Source: Candidatus Moraniibacteriota bacterium
Lineage (GTDB): Bacteria > Patescibacteriota > Minisyncoccia > Moranbacterales > DUUL01
DNA: 64,000 nt
Reading direction: 5' to 3'
Assembly: GCA_027008775.1 (NCBI GenBank)
Contig: JALVDV010000001.1
Span: 73,934-137,933 of the forward strand
Shown here piece after piece: positions 20,141-29,040 of this stretch (its first letter is position 1; each line of letters opens with the position of its first letter). Position numbers and translations under genes: made by a program. The notes under the pieces were generated by a model. The model saw only the letters and a list, made by a program, of their open reading frames with translations, had not been told where the DNA came from and made no database searches.

Positions 20141-20154
20141 GAGAAGGAGAAAAA

Positions 20155-21450
20155 ATGAGAAGACATCAGATCAACATTACAAGCATTACCGGACTGAATA
20201 CTAGGGGCCTCTCCTCTGAGGAGGTGAGAGAGGTTGTGGAATGGAAGGAGATAGTCAACGCTGGGCAAATTCCCATAGATTGGAAGCCCAGCTGGGACAG
20301 AGCCGGGCTTGAGGAACTCGTAGACTCCGCAAAGGAGTATTACGAGGAAAGAACGGGATTAATCCTACCACATAACCTCGCGGTTCACGGCCCCTGGGTC
20401 GGTCATCCTAATGGTTACAAATTATATGAGGGTGACCGGTTCGACTCTGCTCCGGCAGAAGAAATGGTCAGCATTGCTGCTCGCTTTGCGAGCTGGCTAA
20501 AAATTATTGCTGACCAGAAATTGGTTGGTCTCCAGCGGTTGCTGGAGAAAAATTTAAGTTCAAGGGGGATGAACTCCCCACGAACAAAAATCGATCCGTA
20601 CCGTTTGCTACGTGTTTGGAGTTCTCCGCACACTGCGGAGAAAATGTTCTGGAAGTCCTATAAAAGGGCGTGGCAGATTCTCAAGCCCTTTGGGCTTGCT
20701 CCAAGCTGGAAAGCTGTTGGGCAGGTTATGACCAATTGGCATTCCTATCGTGTTGGCAAGATGGCATTTATCATTGCTGCTCGGACAGTGAACCAAATTT
20801 TGTCTCTTAAAGTGAACCGGGAATTTACCGGTAAGTCAATCAAAATTTTGGAGAAATCCAGAGGAATCGGTCAATTTGTCAATGATGGTGATTATGCGAT
20901 CTTGGCATGGGCGGTGGATCGAATTGAGACTGGAGAATTTTCTTGTATTCGCGAGGCAATTGCGAATGCAGGTCGGCTGGAATGGGATAAAACAGATGGT
21001 GTCGGTTTATGGATCGACCCGAGCTTAACGAAAGAAATCCACCGTGTAGAAGTTATACACGGATGGGATAGACAAGGATGGTTTTATTTCCTTCTCCGCC
21101 AGAAAGGAACCGGGCGGAGTTACCACTTCAGGCCATGGAAACATACAGCTCGTGAAGCTGTAAAATTCGCCATCGGTGAATGGCACAAACAGGTCAGAGC
21201 GGAGCGCAAAAAACGTAACATCCTTAAGGTTCTTCAGCCGAAGAATGCATCCGTTCTGGTTTGGATCCAGGATTCTCTGGATTCTGGGAATTGTTATATT
21301 GGAACGAGAGCTTGGTCTGAACGCAACGGTTTCAACGGGGCTATGTTTGCCCCTGCGGAGAAACTCCTAAAGTTCGCAGATGATTTGCGTGTCTTCCGGG
21401 TTCTCCAGACGGTGGCCGAAAAGGTTGCTGAGTTGAAACTTAAATATTGA
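20155..21450 (+). CDS. 431-aa hypothetical protein (ORFan, atypical G-rich composition)
   Basis: AAGGAG SD just before ATG 20155; C-terminal DSLDSGNCYIGT motif; the ORF-track start at 19921 lies inside RNA stems. Confidence 0.8.
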   Translation: MRRHQINITSITGLNTRGLSSEEVREVVEWKEIVNAGQIPIDWKPSWDRAGLEELVDSAKEYYEERTGLILPHNLAVHGPWVGHPNGYKLYEGDRFDSAPAEEMVSIAARFASWLKIIADQKLVGLQRLLEKNLSSRGMNSPRTKIDPYRLLRVWSSPHTAEKMFWKSYKRAWQILKPFGLAPSWKAVGQVMTNWHSYRVGKMAFIIAARTVNQILSLKVNREFTGKSIKILEKSRGIGQFVNDGDYAILAWAVDRIETGEFSCIREAIANAGRLEWDKTDGVGLWIDPSLTKEIHRVEVIHGWDRQGWFYFLLRQKGTGRSYHFRPWKHTAREAVKFAIGEWHKQVRAERKKRNILKVLQPKNASVLVWIQDSLDSGNCYIGTRAWSERNGFNGAMFAPAEKLLKFADDLRVFRVLQTVAEKVAELKLKY

Positions 21451-21754
21451 ATCTCTCACCCGCCACGCCGGGTGATACAAAAATTTTTTTAGTTCTTTTT
21501 TTAGAAATTTCTAATTTCCTCCGGGGCGTGGACTGTGGGAATAGGTTTCCGGGAGCAAGTTGTGTGGTTTACAACCTCTGCTCCCACCATTTCTTGAAAT
21601 CGGAAAATGATAAAACATTTTGCGGTTTCAAATAGATGGTTTCTTTTTCTACTAGCACGGTCGCAGAAAAATGCCGACCTTACACAGACTGACGCAGAAA
21701 GACACAGACACACACGGAACCAATAAAATAAACAAACTAAAAAATTAACAAATC

Positions 21755-21866
21755 AAATCGCTACAAGCTCGCAGGGCAGAAAAGGTGGTGAGCAAATTCT
21801 TTATCTCTCTCCAAGAATAATTCACTTATGCCTTTTGCTTATTACCCTGCGAACTTGTGGCGATTT
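21755..21866 (+). ncRNA. 112-nt long imperfect hairpin
   Basis: AAATCGCTACAAGCTCGCAGGG pairs with CCCTGCGAACTTGTGGCGATTT; inner stems contain G-U pairs. Confidence 0.45.
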
Positions 21867-21871
21867 CTTAA

Positions 21872-21912
21872 TCCAGCGAGAATTCCCCGCCTGTAAGGGC
21901 GGGGGTATCTAT
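21872..21912 (+). mobile_element. 41-bp solo hairpin of the IS200 element at 53525-54060
   Basis: TTAA|TCCAGCGAGAATTCCCCGCCTGTAAGGGCGGGGGTATCTAT is the IS left end fused to its right end through the shared hairpin. Confidence 0.85.
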
Positions 21913-22122
21913 TTCAACCAGACAAATCCCTTTTGTGAAAATGATGCCCAACACCAAAAACTTTTTCTCTCGCCAAGACAAAACCGGCGCAACTCTTGAC
22001 AAATTTTCTATTTTCCTTAATATAAAAACCTGTTGCTTACGGGAAAAACAAGCTTAATTAGAGAAAAATTAAACCAACAAAATCCCTCTGACAGATCAAA
22101 AAAATTAATTTTTTACAATAAA

Positions 22123-23316
22123 ATGAATAATAAAAAAAGAAATTTTTTAATCATTATCGGTATCCTATTTATCATTGGCGGAGCAACTTGGGCTCATCGC
22201 CATAATTTATCCCAAACGGAAAAAGCGGCAGACAATAATCCGCGCAAAGTTAAAGTGGTTTCCGTTAGCTCTCAATACAAGGGCTTTGTTCCTTTGGAAG
22301 GAATCATCAAAGGAAAAAATGAAATTTATTTGGCCCCCAAGGCTCAAGGCCGAATTGTAAAAATATACAAAGAAATGGGAGAAAGGGTTTGGCGTGGACA
22401 ACTCCTGGCTCTAATAGACGGTCGGGAAACTTGGGCGCAAACACAAATTGCTCAAGCCGGCTACAACCTGGCTAAACGTTCCAGCAAAAAAACCAGAAAA
22501 TATTTTGACAAACAAGTCTCTCAAGCCAAAAAAGCCAAAGAATTAGCCAAAGAATCTTACGAAAATGCCAAAGCTAGCGGTGATCCGGAAAAAATCGCCC
22601 AAGCCAAGTATAACTACGAAATGGCTCGCAAACAGTTGGAGGTGGCCGAAAAAGGGCGCGATTTGCAAAAAACTATTGCCAAAGGCAAAAAGGAAGTGGC
22701 CAATCAACAACTTATAGCCAGCCAAATCGTAGCCGAGAGCAATAGAGTGCGAGCGCCTTTCAGCGGTATCATCGCTCAAGTAAAAGTGGAGAAGGGTGAT
22801 TTGGTTTCACCGGAACGACCTCTTTTTCTCCTGGTGGATGATTCCGCTTGGGAAATAAAAATATCGGTCCCGACGGAAATCATTTCTCAAATCAAGGTTG
22901 GCCAAAAGTTGAAAATAATCGGCTCTGACGGTCAAGAAACCTTCGGTCTGATTAAAGCCATCAGCCCCATGGTGGATACCTACAGTCGTAAATCGTTAAT
23001 CAAAATCAGTCTAAAGCCGAGCGATGGTTTCCGCTTAGGAGAATACGTCAAAGTTCTGGTACCAACCGCCAGTCAAGAAAACCTATTGATTATTCCTCGT
23101 CAAGCTCTATTGCAGGAATATCTTGATAATTTCATTTTCACTGTTGAAAACGGCCTAGCCAAAAAAATTCCGGTGGAAGTGGTACAAGACTTTGGCAAGC
23201 AAATCGGAGTCAAGATCAAAGATGAAGAAAACAACATCGACCTTTCCAATGTAGTTGTTAACGGACAATGGGAAATCGGCGACGGAGAGAAAGTGGAAAT
23301 CATAAAGGATAAATAA
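22123..23316 (+). CDS. RND efflux membrane-fusion protein
   Basis: N-terminal TM, lipoyl halves (GRIVKIYKEMGERV; VRAPFSGIIAQVKVEKGDLV), helical hairpin. Confidence 0.93.
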   Translation: MNNKKRNFLIIIGILFIIGGATWAHRHNLSQTEKAADNNPRKVKVVSVSSQYKGFVPLEGIIKGKNEIYLAPKAQGRIVKIYKEMGERVWRGQLLALIDGRETWAQTQIAQAGYNLAKRSSKKTRKYFDKQVSQAKKAKELAKESYENAKASGDPEKIAQAKYNYEMARKQLEVAEKGRDLQKTIAKGKKEVANQQLIASQIVAESNRVRAPFSGIIAQVKVEKGDLVSPERPLFLLVDDSAWEIKISVPTEIISQIKVGQKLKIIGSDGQETFGLIKAISPMVDTYSRKSLIKISLKPSDGFRLGEYVKVLVPTASQENLLIIPRQALLQEYLDNFIFTVENGLAKKIPVEVVQDFGKQIGVKIKDEENNIDLSNVVVNGQWEIGDGEKVEIIKDK

Positions 23317-23320
23317 AACT

Positions 23321-26300
23321 ATGTCAGAAGAAAAGAAAACGAACAAGCAGAATTTCTTTGCGCAAATAGCCACCCTGTTTATCCGTCACAAGGAGCTCGG
23401 CTTTTTAACTTTCATAGGTATCTTCCTTTGGGGATTGTTTTCTTTTGTTATTATGCCCAAACAATATAACCCCGACATCACCGCGCCCGCTTTCCAAATA
23501 GTAACCGAGTTTCCCGGCGCTACCAGTGAGGAAGTTTATCGCCTCATTACCAAGAGAATGGAAGATCGTCTCAAAGAAATCCCCACGGTGGACAAAGTTA
23601 TGTCCCAGTCTTTTGACGGTGGAGCCAGTGTGGTCATCGTTCAATTTTACATTGGTGAAGATTTGGAAAAAGCCAAAATCACTCTCATTGACAAACTGCG
23701 CAGTAATATGAGTGACAAACCTTTCGGCGCCAAAGACCCTCAAATCAAAGCCATTGATCCCGACGATGTTCCCATCATCACTTTAGCTCTGACCAGTCCA
23801 ACCTTATCGCCGGCTTCATTGCGGACTCTGGCCGACGACCTGGTTGATGAATTTAAAAAGGTTAAGGGTACTTCAGTTCTTTCTGTTATCGGCGGCAAGA
23901 AAAAAGAACTGCGAGTTAATCTGCATCCGACCCAATTGGCGCAAAATAATCTAACTGTCCAAAGAATAATTGACACCATCAGAGGAAACAATATGTATGT
24001 CTTGGCCGGCAACCTCACCGACAAAGATAACAATTTCAAGGTCATAATTGACGGACTCTTAAAAACCAAAACCGACCTGGAAAACATTGTTATCAAGCAA
24101 GAAGGGGACAGTGTTATTTACCTGAAAGATTTAGCCGACATCAAGTTGGCCGACGAAGATACCAAGTCAGCCACTTATTTTTGGCAAAAAGGTCAGAAAG
24201 AGGAACCGGCCGTCTATCTGGCTATTTCCAAACTTAAAGGAACCAATGCCACCAAGATCAGCCAGGCCGTCAAAAAGAAAATTAAAGAATTGCAAAGACG
24301 TCAAATTATCCCCGCCGATGTCCAAATTAAAACCGTCAGAGATGAAGGGCAGGTGGCTCAGGAAGCTACCATGACCTTAACCTACAATCTCTTTAGCGCC
24401 ATTGTCATAGTGGCCGCGATTCTGCTAATGTTCCTTGGCTGGAAAAGCGCCCTGATTGTCCTCATTTCCATCCCCCTTACCCTGGCCATGGTTTTTGGTA
24501 TCGGCAACTTGGCTCACCAAAATATCAATCGTATTACGCTTTTTGCCCTTATTCTCTCCCTGGGAATGCTGGTTGACGCCGCTATCGTGGTGGTGGAAAA
24601 TATTTTCCGGCTTTTCCGTGAAAATCCGGGAAAGAATCGTGTTCGCCTGATTGCCAGCGCCGTCAGTGAAGTCGGTCCCGGCCTGGTTCTCAGTACCACC
24701 ACCGTTACCTTGGCTTTCATTCCGATGGCCTTTGTCACCGGCATGATGGGACCTTATATGCGTCCCATTCCTTTCTTTGTTCCTTTGACATTGATTTCCT
24801 CCTTGCTTATCGCCTTGTTTATAATTCCTTACCTTCTCTACAATCTCTCGGGTAAAAAAGGAAACAACTCCAACCAATCATCTGAAGTCAAAACAACCAA
24901 AGATAATCGCTTTTTAGCTTTCGTTTCCAAATTAAAAAATTCTTATGCCCGTTTTCTACATTATCTTCTCAATCATCGTCCGGCCCGTCGCGCGCTAATG
25001 TTCACAGTCGTCATTTTATTGTTTGTTTCTCTCTCCTTACCCTTGCTGAAAATAGTAAAATTTCGTATGCTACCCAAGGCTGACAAAGAACAATTCTTTA
25101 TTTACCTTGACTTCCCCCAATACACCACCTTGGAAAAAACAGAAAAAGCCGTCCGGTTAGCGGAAAATTTTCTCCAAGAAAACCCTCAAGTGGTTAGTGT
25201 ACAAAGCTATATCGGCACACCACCGGTGGTTGACTTCAACGGTCTTTTCAAAGGTTCCGACGGTCGTCGCCAAGAAAATCAAGCCACTTTAAAAGTCAAC
25301 CTGGTCCACCACAAGAAAAGAAATATCACTTCCGAAGAAATCGTCAGTCAAATCAGAAAACCTCTTCTGGAAAAATTGTCAATCTTTCCCGACCTGAAAG
25401 TTAAATTGATAGAGGATCCTCCGGGCCCACCCGTTCTTTCAACTTACCTCTTAAAAATCAGCGCCAAAGATGAGAAAGTTTTAAACTCCGCCACCAACCG
25501 ATTAAAAAAATTCACCAAAAATATTGATGGCTTGGTGGACACCGACACCACCCAAAACGAAATCACTGCCAACTACATTCTAAAAGTTAAAAAAGAAGAA
25601 GCTTCCCGTTCCGGATTGAGCGTTTACCAGATAGCTACCACTCTACGCACCCTCCTACACGGAGAAAAAGTGGCTATGTATCACCAAACGGAAAAATCAG
25701 TCTGGCCAAAAGCCGAGCAGGAATTTATTGTCGTCCATTCTGACAAAAAAAATCGCGACGATAAATACGATCTGGACAATATTTATCTCACCAATCTTTT
25801 CGGGCAATCCATTCCTTTGTCCAGTGTGGTGGAGTACACTCAAGAAAAAATGATTCCCGTCATTTATTCCGATGACAGGGAACGAACCGAATATATTTAC
25901 GGAGAAATGGACAAGAAGAGCGTTATCTACGCTATGCTTGACACTCTCAAATATCTCCTTAAGGACTACCGTCCTTTCGGCGCCGACACCAAAATCGCCC
26001 ATTGGAATCCTCTAAAAGTCGTTTACGAAAATCAAAAGACCCATCAACAAGTCAGCGTTCGTTTGGGCGGAGAATGGAAATTGACCCTAGAGGTTTTCCG
26101 AGATTTGGGTATTGCCATGGCCGTCGCTTTGGTAATGATTTATTTTGTCCTGGTGGCGCGTTTTCGCTCCCTAAGAATTCCCTTGCTTATTATGGGCACT
26201 ATTCCTTTTTCCTTTATCGGAGTTATGCCCGGCTTCGCTCTCTTGGGTTGGACCAAAGGAGTTTACTTTAATGCCACCAGTATGATTGGCGTTATCGCTC

Positions 26301-26611
26301 TCTCCGGCATCGTGGTAAACAACGCCATTATGCTCTTGGAATATCTTAACCAATTAAAATCAGAAGGCTTAGGCTTGCAAGAAGCAATCATTAAAGCCGG
26401 TCGCACCAGACTACTGCCAATTATGCTCACTTCCCTGACAACCATTTTCGGTTCTCTGACAATCATTTCCGATCCCGTTTGGGAAGGACTGGCTTGGTCA
26501 ATTGTCTTCGGACTTTCTCTGGCCGCCTTTTTGACACTGATTCTTTTCCCTATAATGTACAACCATTTTGAAAAGAAAAAGTGGCCGGCAGAAAATGAAA
26601 ACGTTGCCTAA
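23321..26611 (+). CDS. RND efflux permease (AcrB/AcrD/AcrF family)
   Basis: 1096 aa; FPGATSEEV, LGMLVDAAIVVVENI, GIVVNNAIML, RLLPIMLTSLTT. Confidence 0.96.
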   Translation: MSEEKKTNKQNFFAQIATLFIRHKELGFLTFIGIFLWGLFSFVIMPKQYNPDITAPAFQIVTEFPGATSEEVYRLITKRMEDRLKEIPTVDKVMSQSFDGGASVVIVQFYIGEDLEKAKITLIDKLRSNMSDKPFGAKDPQIKAIDPDDVPIITLALTSPTLSPASLRTLADDLVDEFKKVKGTSVLSVIGGKKKELRVNLHPTQLAQNNLTVQRIIDTIRGNNMYVLAGNLTDKDNNFKVIIDGLLKTKTDLENIVIKQEGDSVIYLKDLADIKLADEDTKSATYFWQKGQKEEPAVYLAISKLKGTNATKISQAVKKKIKELQRRQIIPADVQIKTVRDEGQVAQEATMTLTYNLFSAIVIVAAILLMFLGWKSALIVLISIPLTLAMVFGIGNLAHQNINRITLFALILSLGMLVDAAIVVVENIFRLFRENPGKNRVRLIASAVSEVGPGLVLSTTTVTLAFIPMAFVTGMMGPYMRPIPFFVPLTLISSLLIALFIIPYLLYNLSGKKGNNSNQSSEVKTTKDNRFLAFVSKLKNSYARFLHYLLNHRPARRALMFTVVILLFVSLSLPLLKIVKFRMLPKADKEQFFIYLDFPQYTTLEKTEKAVRLAENFLQENPQVVSVQSYIGTPPVVDFNGLFKGSDGRRQENQATLKVNLVHHKKRNITSEEIVSQIRKPLLEKLSIFPDLKVKLIEDPPGPPVLSTYLLKISAKDEKVLNSATNRLKKFTKNIDGLVDTDTTQNEITANYILKVKKEEASRSGLSVYQIATTLRTLLHGEKVAMYHQTEKSVWPKAEQEFIVVHSDKKNRDDKYDLDNIYLTNLFGQSIPLSSVVEYTQEKMIPVIYSDDRERTEYIYGEMDKKSVIYAMLDTLKYLLKDYRPFGADTKIAHWNPLKVVYENQKTHQQVSVRLGGEWKLTLEVFRDLGIAMAVALVMIYFVLVARFRSLRIPLLIMGTIPFSFIGVMPGFALLGWTKGVYFNATSMIGVIALSGIVVNNAIMLLEYLNQLKSEGLGLQEAIIKAGRTRLLPIMLTSLTTIFGSLTIISDPVWEGLAWSIVFGLSLAAFLTLILFPIMYNHFEKKKWPAENENVA

Positions 26612-26673
26612 ATTTGCTTTGGAAAAATTTTTGTTATAAAATAAGCAACGTAACAAATTATTTTTAAACACCA

Positions 26674-27000
26674 ATGTTTGAAATTTATCAAGACAAGAAG
26701 GGGGAATTTCGCTTTAGATTGTTGGCTGCCAACGGCGAAACTATTCTCTCCTCGGAGGGATACAAAACAAAGGCGGCCTGCAAAAACGGCATTGCCTCTG
26801 TTATTAAAAACAGTCAAGACAAAGAATTGTTTGAAGTTAGAGAGGCTAAAAACGGAAAAAGTCATTTCGTTTTAAAAGCCAGAAACAATCAAGTCATCGG
26901 CCAAAGTCAAATGTACGCCAGCAAAAGGGGGGCTAGCTGTGGCATCCGTTCCGTAATGAACAACGCCAAGAAAAAAGAAATAAAAGATTTGACAAAATAA
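26674..27000 (+). CDS. YegP family (DUF1508 x2) protein
   Basis: FEIYQDKKGEFRFRLLAANGETILSSEGY and a second repeat FVLKARNNQVIGQSQMY. Confidence 0.93.
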   Translation: MFEIYQDKKGEFRFRLLAANGETILSSEGYKTKAACKNGIASVIKNSQDKELFEVREAKNGKSHFVLKARNNQVIGQSQMYASKRGASCGIRSVMNNAKKKEIKDLTK

Positions 27001-27051
27001 ATCACCCCTGGCGATCGCAATTTTCCGTTAACTTGAACCAAATTAAATTGA

Positions 27052-27083
27052 AAAGACCGCCGGCTGACCAGCCGGCGGTCTTT
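27052..27083. terminator. Bidirectional terminator
   Basis: AAAGACCGCCGGCTG-AC-CAGCCGGCGGTCTTT between convergent genes. Confidence 0.85.
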
Positions 27084-27119
27084 CTGTATTCGCCCAAAAA
27101 GTAACAACCATTGTAAAAC

Positions 27120-27650
27120 CTACTTAGTCTCCGGAAATACTCTCAAAGCGTCATTAAAGCGATTGATAAAATTAAACAAACCAACCACTGCCGTAATCTC
27201 CACTAATTGTTGATCACTAAAATTTTCTTTCATTTTTAATATCAATTCATCATCAATTTTGTAAGCCTCATCGTTGACCGCCTTGGCATACTCTATAGCC
27301 AATAATTCTTTTTCATCGGAAACAGCATCCAGTTTATCCAAATCATCACCTGTCAATCCCAAAGCTTTTAGTTGCATTTTGGAAACACTGACGCAATACT
27401 CACACTTGTTCAAATCGGAAACCACCAAAGCGATTTTCCATTTTAAAATTTTATCCGTTGGCGCATCATCCATCAGCGATTTAAAAAGACTGAAAAAGCC
27501 AACCAGAGTATCTTCGCAATTGGCCATTACCCGCATCCACTTGGGAACTTTCCCGGTTTTAGTCTTCATCATCTCAAAAATTTCCCTGGCTTTTCCGGAA
27601 ACTTCATCTTCGCCAACGACCTTCACCACCGGCGCTTTTAATTCTTCCAT
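27120..27650 (-). CDS. Carboxymuconolactone decarboxylase / AhpD-like peroxidase-related protein
   Basis: IALVVSDLNKCEYC (CxxC), VEITAVVGLFNFINRFNDAL. Confidence 0.9.
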   Translation of the reverse strand: MEELKAPVVKVVGEDEVSGKAREIFEMMKTKTGKVPKWMRVMANCEDTLVGFFSLFKSLMDDAPTDKILKWKIALVVSDLNKCEYCVSVSKMQLKALGLTGDDLDKLDAVSDEKELLAIEYAKAVNDEAYKIDDELILKMKENFSDQQLVEITAVVGLFNFINRFNDALRVFPETK

Positions 27651-27677
27651 TTGATTTTTGTTTACTTATTAAACTCT

Positions 27678-27856
27678 GCAACTCATTTAGGACTACTCTC
27701 TTAAATCCTTTGTCCGCCAAGCTTTCTGGATGTTATTTTCGAACGCATGTTTGGTTCCTTTTTTAAAATTAACAAAGCGTCAGACATCAGGTGGAAAATA
27801 ACATCCGGAAAACTTGACTAAACATTGAAAGGAGAAAACCCTAGATGAGTTCCTAC
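27678..27856 (-). ncRNA. 6S RNA-like ~180-nt rod hairpin
   Basis: Closing stem 27680-27691/27840-27851, internal bubble, 25-bp inner stem 27716-27740/27794-27818; extended -10 TGTTATAAT at 27863-27871 on the minus strand. Confidence 0.45.
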
Positions 27857-28147
27857 TTTTTTATTATAACACAACAAAGAATAAATTTCCAAAAAACAAA
27901 ACATTTTATTAATCACCAAATTACCGGTGTCGATTGCAAATAAAAATGTCATACTTCATTACCAAATTAAAATGTCATACCCGGAGAAAAAGTTAAAAAA
28001 CCAAAAATAAAACATGTTCCACACAATAGATACGCGCCACACGCCAAAATAAAAAACAAACCTCTTAAGCCGACAACCGCCTCATTAACCAACGAGCCCG
28101 GACAAACAAAATCCCATTCTCAAAAAACCTCTCACAACACTAAAACG

Positions 28148-28232
28148 TATTATGATATTATCAATAATATCATAATAAAAGCTTCAACAACAGCAGGATT
28201 GGGTATTATGATATTATTGATAATATCATAAT
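28148..28232. repeat. Two copies (inverted relative to each other) of the 28-bp palindrome ATTATGATATTAT-CA-ATAATATCATAAT
   Basis: Copies at 28149-28176 and 28205-28232 (centre TG); also at 50915 and 55612. Confidence 0.9.
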
Positions 28233-28444
28233 GGGAGCATAACAGAAGATGATAGCGGAGAAATAAAAAGGATTGAAAAATTACAAAAAAGTTTGGATCC
28301 TCAATTGCTTGCTCACAATAAAATTTACAATAGAAAGTTGAGAAATAGTGACAATCATTTACTAAACAAAATACAACAAAGATTGAGTTAGCTAACAATT
28401 TATGCTATCATCCTAACATCAAGAAATTAATTCCGACAACTACA

Positions 28445-29023
28445 ATGATTGGAAAATTAACCGGAAAAATTGACGAATTATCAAACACTTCAGTAATTTT
28501 AGACGTCAACGGCGTCGGTTACCAGGTTCTTCTAAACGAAAACACCCTCAATAAACTTTCCGCTACAGGGGAGGGAGGAACAATCAGTCTGTTTATTCAC
28601 ACCGATGTTCGCGAAGACCACATTCAACTCTTCGGTTTTTTGGACCCCGCCGAATTAAAAATTTTTAAACTCTTACTAACCGTTTCCGGCATCGGTCCCA
28701 AAGCCGCCCTTGGCATCCTCAATGTCGCCTCCGCCGGCACCATCAAAAATGCCATCTTTCAACAAGACCACAACCTTCTCACTCAAGTACCAGGCATCGG
28801 CAAAAAAACCGCCGAACGGGTTTGCTTGGAACTGAACAACAAAATAGACAATCTGGAAATCAAAGATGAACCGGCCACCCAAACAAACCGCGAAGTGGTT
28901 GATGCTTTGGTGGCCATGGGCTATTCCGTCAGAGAAGCTCATCAAGCCTTAAAACTCCTTCCTCCGGAGATAACTGATGAAGCGGAAATGATAAAACTGG
29001 CTCTGAAAAATATGAATAAATAA
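28445..29023 (+). CDS. ruvA: Holliday junction branch migration protein RuvA
   Basis: LDVNGVGY, VREDHIQLFGF, VSGIGPKAAL, VPGIGKKTAER, ALVAMGY. Confidence 0.97.
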   Translation: MIGKLTGKIDELSNTSVILDVNGVGYQVLLNENTLNKLSATGEGGTISLFIHTDVREDHIQLFGFLDPAELKIFKLLLTVSGIGPKAALGILNVASAGTIKNAIFQQDHNLLTQVPGIGKKTAERVCLELNNKIDNLEIKDEPATQTNREVVDALVAMGYSVREAHQALKLLPPEITDEAEMIKLALKNMNK

Positions 29024-29040
29024 CTTACCACTTGATATCA

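Noticed and set aside
19921-20154. N-terminal extension of the 509-aa ORF
   Set aside because: It has a TTG start without an SD and runs through RNA stems; a strong SD supports ATG 20155.
19053-21870. rRNA, RNase P RNA, tmRNA, SRP RNA or group II intron
   Set aside because: I found no GAGGAAAGTCC, tRNA-like ends, SRP GGAA loop motif, domain V or RT/maturase motifs by eye; an Rfam search is still needed.
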